The position numbers and the translations under genes are program-made. From Albugo candida (lineage: Eukaryota), in contig JBDOQK010000083.1 in the NCBI GenBank assembly GCA_040437565.1, positions 62,001 to 86,524 on the forward strand: 24,524 nt of DNA, given 5' to 3'. Of this stretch, positions 18,894-24,524 are shown in pieces; position 1 is the first letter of the stretch, and each line of letters opens with the position of its first letter. The notes beneath the pieces are model-generated. The model was not told the DNA's origin. It saw nothing but the letters and a program-made list of their open reading frames with translations, and did not search any database.

Positions 18894-21800
18894 TAACCTG
18901 ATCGATTTGCTGAAGGCAAATAACAATTCTTCGCTGCACATTTGCTGCGAGTTAAGATCGCACATGTTGACAAGTTGGTGTCGATACCTTAGAAAATGTT
19001 CTACTGAGTCAACGATGAACATTTTTTTGTTAGTGGTAGCTGTATACCAAATGAATATATCTGCGCAGCTACAAATGTTTCGTCTACAATTCGGGCCATT
19101 TTTCTGTCACTGAATCCCTTAATACTCGTTAAATGTTTACATTTCGCACTCACGGAAATTCCGTTTATTTTGAGTCTTCATGATCATTACCCAATATCAT
19201 TTTGTTCTCCCCCATAACTTGGGCTCGCCGTTTCATCACGTCGGATGTGTTCATTACTCTGAAAACAGTATCAATTAGGAGTAGGACGAATGCGTCCAAG
19301 ACAAACATAAAGAACAGTATTCGCTTCTCTACAACATACGTGCTCTTGGTGGATTCAGTCTCTGGTAAAGGCACCTGAGCGGTTCACAACAGTGTTATTC
19401 TCCGATGTAGGTATATCGAATCCATATCTGCATGGCGGCGAACGGCACGAGGTAGCAAACTCTTTCACTTGTACATTGCAAATGCACAATCTATGAATAA
19501 TACAATACCAGGTCGCAGCTGCTATACATGTATTGAAGCAGAAAGAAGAAGTGTTCTCATGAATAGCGATGCAGCGAAGACGGATGATGGTATGAGAAAC
19601 GACTCAGTGGCATGGTAAGCCTAGCGACGAAGTAGTCAATCTGTCGCGTTATACGCTTTAGAAAGTGAATGATCACAATCCAGCGCGCATTTTGGCGCAT
19701 AATTCGCATGCAATGAATAGACAGACACACGTTCACAAATATCGCCTCTTGCGACGCCTAATCTTGATAATCGACATGCTGAATTGCTCATTTAAGTCAC
19801 CATATGGTCGTTAATTTCACCGTGAATTGCTCGACCCATCAAGGAGTCGCTGATGTACGCATTAGCATGTGTTAGAACAGAAGATGATGGATGAAACGAT
19901 TTAATCATATGGCTGACTCTCAAGTCGCAAGTAAAAACAACGCAGTGTTTTGTTTACATAAACGAGTCCCATTTTGCTAAATCCTCATGCTGCTGCAAGC
20001 AATTGCTGATTTATGAAACGTTCATACCTTGTCTTTCAGCAGGCTTGTAGATGATGATAGGTAAAGCTTCACATTGGGCGCGAACTGACACAAATCCAAT
20101 CAATCACAATATCGTCGAGACAAGTCTTGATGACCACGCTCCATACATTTATTGATCTCCTCGATTTGTATAGCGTATCGTTTCCACAGGTATAACAACA
20201 TCGATCATACATACAAAACTCTGAAGTCTTTACTAAATGGCGATGCTAGTTCCATACCTTGATATACTATATGGAGTGCCAACGAAAGCCGTGTACTTCT
20301 CCATTCATTACTTCACACTTCCCCGCTTCCGCCTTTGATGCATATATGGGTCGGCAATATTATTACTCTGGTATCGTTGAACAGACGAGTGACAGTTTAT
20401 AGCATCGCACACGAACGTTGGGACATAAACTCTAGCGTTAGTTCGTCCAAAATTGATCAGTTTCGCATTCAGACCCTGCACACTCTATATCTTTGGATTA
20501 TTGTTGTCTAACGTTATGCTTATTGGGCACATGCGCAATTTCTTAGGAGCCTGTGACGGCTGAGAGGCTGAGAAGACACTTCCTGTTGTTCATTTTGCCA
20601 TAGCATTGTTTGTTAGCGAATACGCAAGCAAGAAACCGTACGATAAGTTGATGGGCGACTACCCACCGAAATTGAGTCATTTTAACGCTTTTTAGTAGAT
20701 AGGTGCGCTCATCCTTAGAGCGTACACGTGGAAATACTGTAACAAAACGCTATTGTTTACTCTGTGAATACTGTCCTTACTTTTACTTGTGAGTAATTTA
20801 ACAAGGCAGGATAAACGACATAGCTGGTGCTGACGTGTTGGAAATGTCTCATTACCCGTAATTCATCCGCTCCTTCGCAATCCATTTTGATTTCGTATGT
20901 CATTGACAACTTTACACACCCGTTGATGACAATCGATTGCGTGTTCTGCAAGGTGTTCAAATTCTCCCACTTCATCGCTGATGATGAATAGAGATGTGGC
21001 CAGAATAGACGAGGAAGACTTGAGCGAGGCTGTTGAAGGGAATCATTTATTGATATCTGATGAAGCAAGTCCATCATACTATTCTATTCATCAGTAGCCT
21101 CTTTCAGTATGGAAGGAGTGCAAAAAGCGGGTCGTGTCTCGAAACTATCTATCCAAAAGCTTACGCGGGTGCGATGATAAAATATCCATCGCTGAAGCCT
21201 GCANNNNNNNNNNNNNNNNNNNNNNNNNNNNNNNNNNNNNNNNNNNNNNNNNNNNNNNNNNNNNNNNNNNNNNNNNNNNNNNNNNNNNNNNNNNNNNNNN
21301 NNNAGTCATAAAAGACGATACAAAAATACGTTAATTGAGCCCATAAGTAGGTCAAAACTCCTGTTCCTGACATCCTTATTGGACATACAATCACTCTTTC
21401 AAGATTGGCCTATGCGCTGATGTAGCAGCAAAAGTCGGCTTCTTCAGTCGTTCTCGTATACCTTTTTTTATTTCTCGTCACAGATTTGGGTTTATCGTTG
21501 TATCACGTGTGATAGTCTTTCTATACAGCATTGTCTTTGATGATTAGTTAATGACTCACTGCGCTGTACTTTTTGATAAGGAATAGCGTCATTGACTCGG
21601 AGTGTTGAACGATCAAGCTGCCTGATAGCACTTCTCAATTGCCGGCTACTACGTAACCCGCCAATTAAGTACAAAACAACTCGAAAAACAACTTTGTTCA
21701 AATCTTTCCTCTCGAAAACAATGGTTCAAGTCGACATATCGACACANNNNNNNNNNNNNNNNNNNNNNNNNNNNNNNNNNNNNNNNNNNNNNNNNNNNNN

Positions 21801-21951
21801 NNNNNNNNNNNNNNNNNNNNNNNNNNNNNNNNNNNNNNNNNNNNNNAGCTGCCTGATAGCACTTCTCAATTGCCGGCTACTACGTAACCCGCCAATTAAG
21901 TACAAAACAACTCGAAAAACAACTTTGTTCAAATCTTTCCTCTCGAAAACA

Positions 21952-23915
21952 ATGGTTCAAGTCGACATATCGACACAACCCAGGGTGGTAGCGTCTACTT
22001 GTAGTGACGTGGCAACCCTCAATAGTCACCCAGCTTTGGGTGATTGCATGATTGTTGATAAGTCATCACCCCTGTGTGATGGTGTGGAAAAACACCACCC
22101 CAGTGTGACGGCACAGGGTGATACCTATGATACCGGTGTGGGATGTGGTATCGGTGGTACGTGCGGTACTGTCATTGCCTCGTCACAGGGAGACGCAAAG
22201 GCAACTGTATGTGTGGACGACACCAAAAAGTCCCACTTTGGCGGACCTTATCAAGTCGCAGGAGTCCTTGCGTAAGGATCAGGCTCGAGCTCGCGCGAAA
22301 TTCTCGCGTGGAGCTCCCTAAGCCGAAAGCCTCGGATATCGAGGCTCTACTGCAGCTATATGCTGATGGAAGCACCCGGATTGGTCAGTTTTGTCTGCGA
22401 AATTAAAAGCAGCAAGACCTTTCAAATCCGGAAAGCAACCTTCCCAGCGGTGTTAGAGACGGGACAGTCCTTGATCCGTACTCCAAATGGGAAAATTCTT
22501 ACATCCTTGATGCGAGACCACGGCAATCCGGTCTTTGAAAGACTACTGGAGAGCCGATCAATCGCTCAGGTTTCCAAAATGCCTAAGGGAAACGTCATGG
22601 TGATGGTCACCACGGCGGATGCCTGCCAACAGTTGGAGTGTCGGCCGGTGACTACCCTTGGAGAAAAGTACTTTTTTTGGGAGTTTGATACTCTTAAAAC
22701 AAAATACTACCCGGATGTCTTCGGCGTTGGCGTGGAGGAAGAAGGACCAACATTCTCCGCTATCTTCACAAACTCGGGTGTCAAGTGGTGTATGACACCT
22801 TCCGCGAGACGGTTCCCACTAAAGAAGTGATGATGTCGATATGGAGAGTCTACTTTGGCTGTTCGACGTGTAGCGAACAACTGGTTAGAGTTGGTAAATT
22901 GATTGGAAAAATCGCTTACGACAAACAGCTCTACCCAGTATGGGAAAAGAATGCTCCTATTCCAACTGAACGACCACGTTTTGGTTAACGTGGTCCTTAC
23001 TGCTTGGATTTGGGTGCTGCATCATCCACGGGAGCGCGGCAACAACAAAACAAAAACAAAAAACAACAGCAACAACCAGCAAAACAAAAATCAAACTCAA
23101 CCTCAGAATCAAAACCAACAAAAACCGCAACACGAAAACAAAAACAAACAACCTTGCTATCGGCAGTCGTGGTGGTCCCAAAAAAGATGGAGAAGCCAGT
23201 TCCAATTCAGGAATTGGAGGCGAGGCGACCGGAGCAGAAACACTCCGACCAACCTTCACTGGAGCTCAACACTCCTCCCTCTATCTCACCACCAAGGTCA
23301 CCAGCCTCATCGCAGCCCACTTCCCAGCCATCCTACATCTGAAAAGTCGATCATCTTCCCATCCACGGGTGGAGAGGGATGGACACACATACATGCAGTT
23401 GGCATGGACGCGAGGAAAGCGTAATCGGACTGAGCCGTTCGACCAAACGGTTTCCAATGCACCACCTCGGGCGCTCCCAACGTTGGCGACAAGCAATTAC
23501 TTTGCTGTGCTCGCAACTATGGAGGTGGAAGTCGAAGAAGTCCAAGCGGTTTCCAATCCGGAGCATGGAAACCGCATTCAAATTATTCCCCTGAAAGCAT
23601 GGATGCCAAAAGAGGTGGCCACTTCGAAAGCGGCAGCGCACTTCTATAAGAAGCGTCATACAACGGTGGAAAAAGCGGAGCGACCAAATCGAATTGGTGA
23701 AATCGGAAAGCTCATGGAAACGGATTCCAAAAATGCACTCTACCATCTTCGACCGGACAAGCTGGTCCAAGCCGATACGTGCATCCCTCATGTGCGTCGG
23801 CTGGTACAATTTTGTACCAACCCGGACCAAATCATCCGGGAAGCATTAGATCATCCCGTCACCATGCATGAGGTGCTTATTTCATGCATGGAGTCGAATG
23901 ATCCTACGTTGGACG
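21952..23915 (+). mobile_element. Decayed ORF1 (gag-like) region of an oomycete non-LTR retrotransposon, frameshifted
   Basis: A chain of overlapping + ORFs in shifting frames reads as one protein (MVQVDIST…; PTLADLIK…RARAKFSR; IAQVSKMPKGNVMVMV…LGEKYFFWEFD; VYDTFRE…WRVYFG…QLYPVWEKNAP; Q/K/N-rich linker; TSNYFAVL). It resembles, from memory, the ORF1 proteins that precede endonuclease-RT in oomycete LINEs. It is cut off at an LTR junction at 23916. Confidence 0.6.
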
Positions 23916-24077
23916 TGTTAGTTTTCGGTCAAAAGGAGAAGTATATTATCAAGATTAACATCGTCAACGGGCCACTAATCACTACCTCTCGCATTATGCG
24001 TCATACCTCATAGTCGTCGTTTCGCATGTCGTGTGTACTGCATACTCGGTGCTTCAACCACAGTGTACGTATCAACA
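23916..24077 (-). repeat. 3' LTR (162 bp) of a Ty1/copia element
   Basis: On the minus strand it runs TGTTGA…CTAACA (TG…CA with a TGTT/AACA inverted repeat). It is immediately preceded by the purine-rich tract TTGAGTGGGAG (24088..24078) and lies downstream of the RNase H region. Confidence 0.8.
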
Positions 24078-24524
24078 CTCCCACTCAATGTAGTTGCCCG
24101 CTGACTTGATACCCATTGCATCACGAATGAAATGTATTCGTTTTGTCTGTTAGTTGGTATTTCGTTTCCTTCTACATCACTTTTATCAAACCTGTCGTTA
24201 TCTTCTCACGGATAAAGTGATAGCGGATATCCACATGCTTCGTTCGTGCATGATATCCTGGATTTGTGGCAAGTGCGATAGCTCCTTGGTTATCTTCCCA
24301 GACAATTGCTGGATTCTTCTGTTCAAACCCCAGGTCGGAAAGCATTTCTCTTGCCCACAGTGCGTCCTGTTTACACATGCTCGTTGCCATGTACTCAACT
24401 TCTGAGGCACTCAAAGCCATTGTACGTTGGTACTTCGACTTGTGTGCAACTGGTCCCCCATTCAGTAGTGTTAATACACCACTCACCGACCTGCGGTCAT
24501 CCAAGTTGTTTCCTTAATCTGCAT
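24078..24524 (-). mobile_element. Ty1/copia retrotransposon pol 3' end (RNase H) plus polypurine tract, degenerate
   Basis: DDRRSVSG…KSKYQRTMALSASEVEY…IVWEDNQGAIALATNPGYHARTKHVDIRYHFIRE is typical copia RNase H. The conserved ADW reads AD-stop (TAA) near the window end, and a premature stop follows IKVM, so this copy is a pseudogene. Confidence 0.92.

Noticed and set aside
18112-19113. Long ORFs 18112..18939 (-, LQHHL repeats) and 18193..19113 (+, VLEVELE repeats)
   Set aside because: Shadow frames of the stop-free glycine-codon repeat; only 17991..18893 has an ATG plus signal peptide.
19000-21550. Short ORFs (19165..19374 -, 20757..21077 -) and splice-like signals suggesting a minus-strand multi-exon gene
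   Set aside because: I could not build a consistent spliced frame or recognise any motif; left unannotated.
23040-23150. A/C-rich tract that looks like a microsatellite or telomeric repeat
   Set aside because: No regular unit; it is a Q/K/N-coding low-complexity linker within the ORF1-like region.
11160-23915. LINE RT relic and ORF1-like relic as parts of a single element
   Set aside because: The order is wrong (RT upstream of ORF1) and they are about 10 kb apart with host genes between; separate insertions.

Overview
Eukaryotic, oomycete-type genomic DNA. It is most consistent with a white-rust Albugo species: compact genes, 46-67 nt GT-AG introns, an INR+FPR core promoter and a secreted CHxC/CCG-motif effector. 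The left ~7 kb is gene-dense: the 3' end of NAE1/APP-BP1, a UBL-PUB-STI1-UIM protein, a bZIP factor, PRP38 and a HAT-repeat/RGG protein. Next comes a 694-aa secreted CCG effector that appears to be built from up to five tandem Cys-patterned modules, followed by a decayed LINE reverse transcriptase. A multi-exon minus-strand gene encodes a probable type I membrane protein with a GH16-like (apparently non-catalytic) domain fused to an intact M14 zinc carboxypeptidase. The right part holds a secreted glycine-rich protein and a decayed LINE ORF1-like region interrupted by the 3' LTR, PPT and RNase H of a Ty1/copia element. There are six 100-N gaps; four are flanked by exact duplications that look like assembly overlaps. 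All family calls come from motif recognition by eye; no searches were run.
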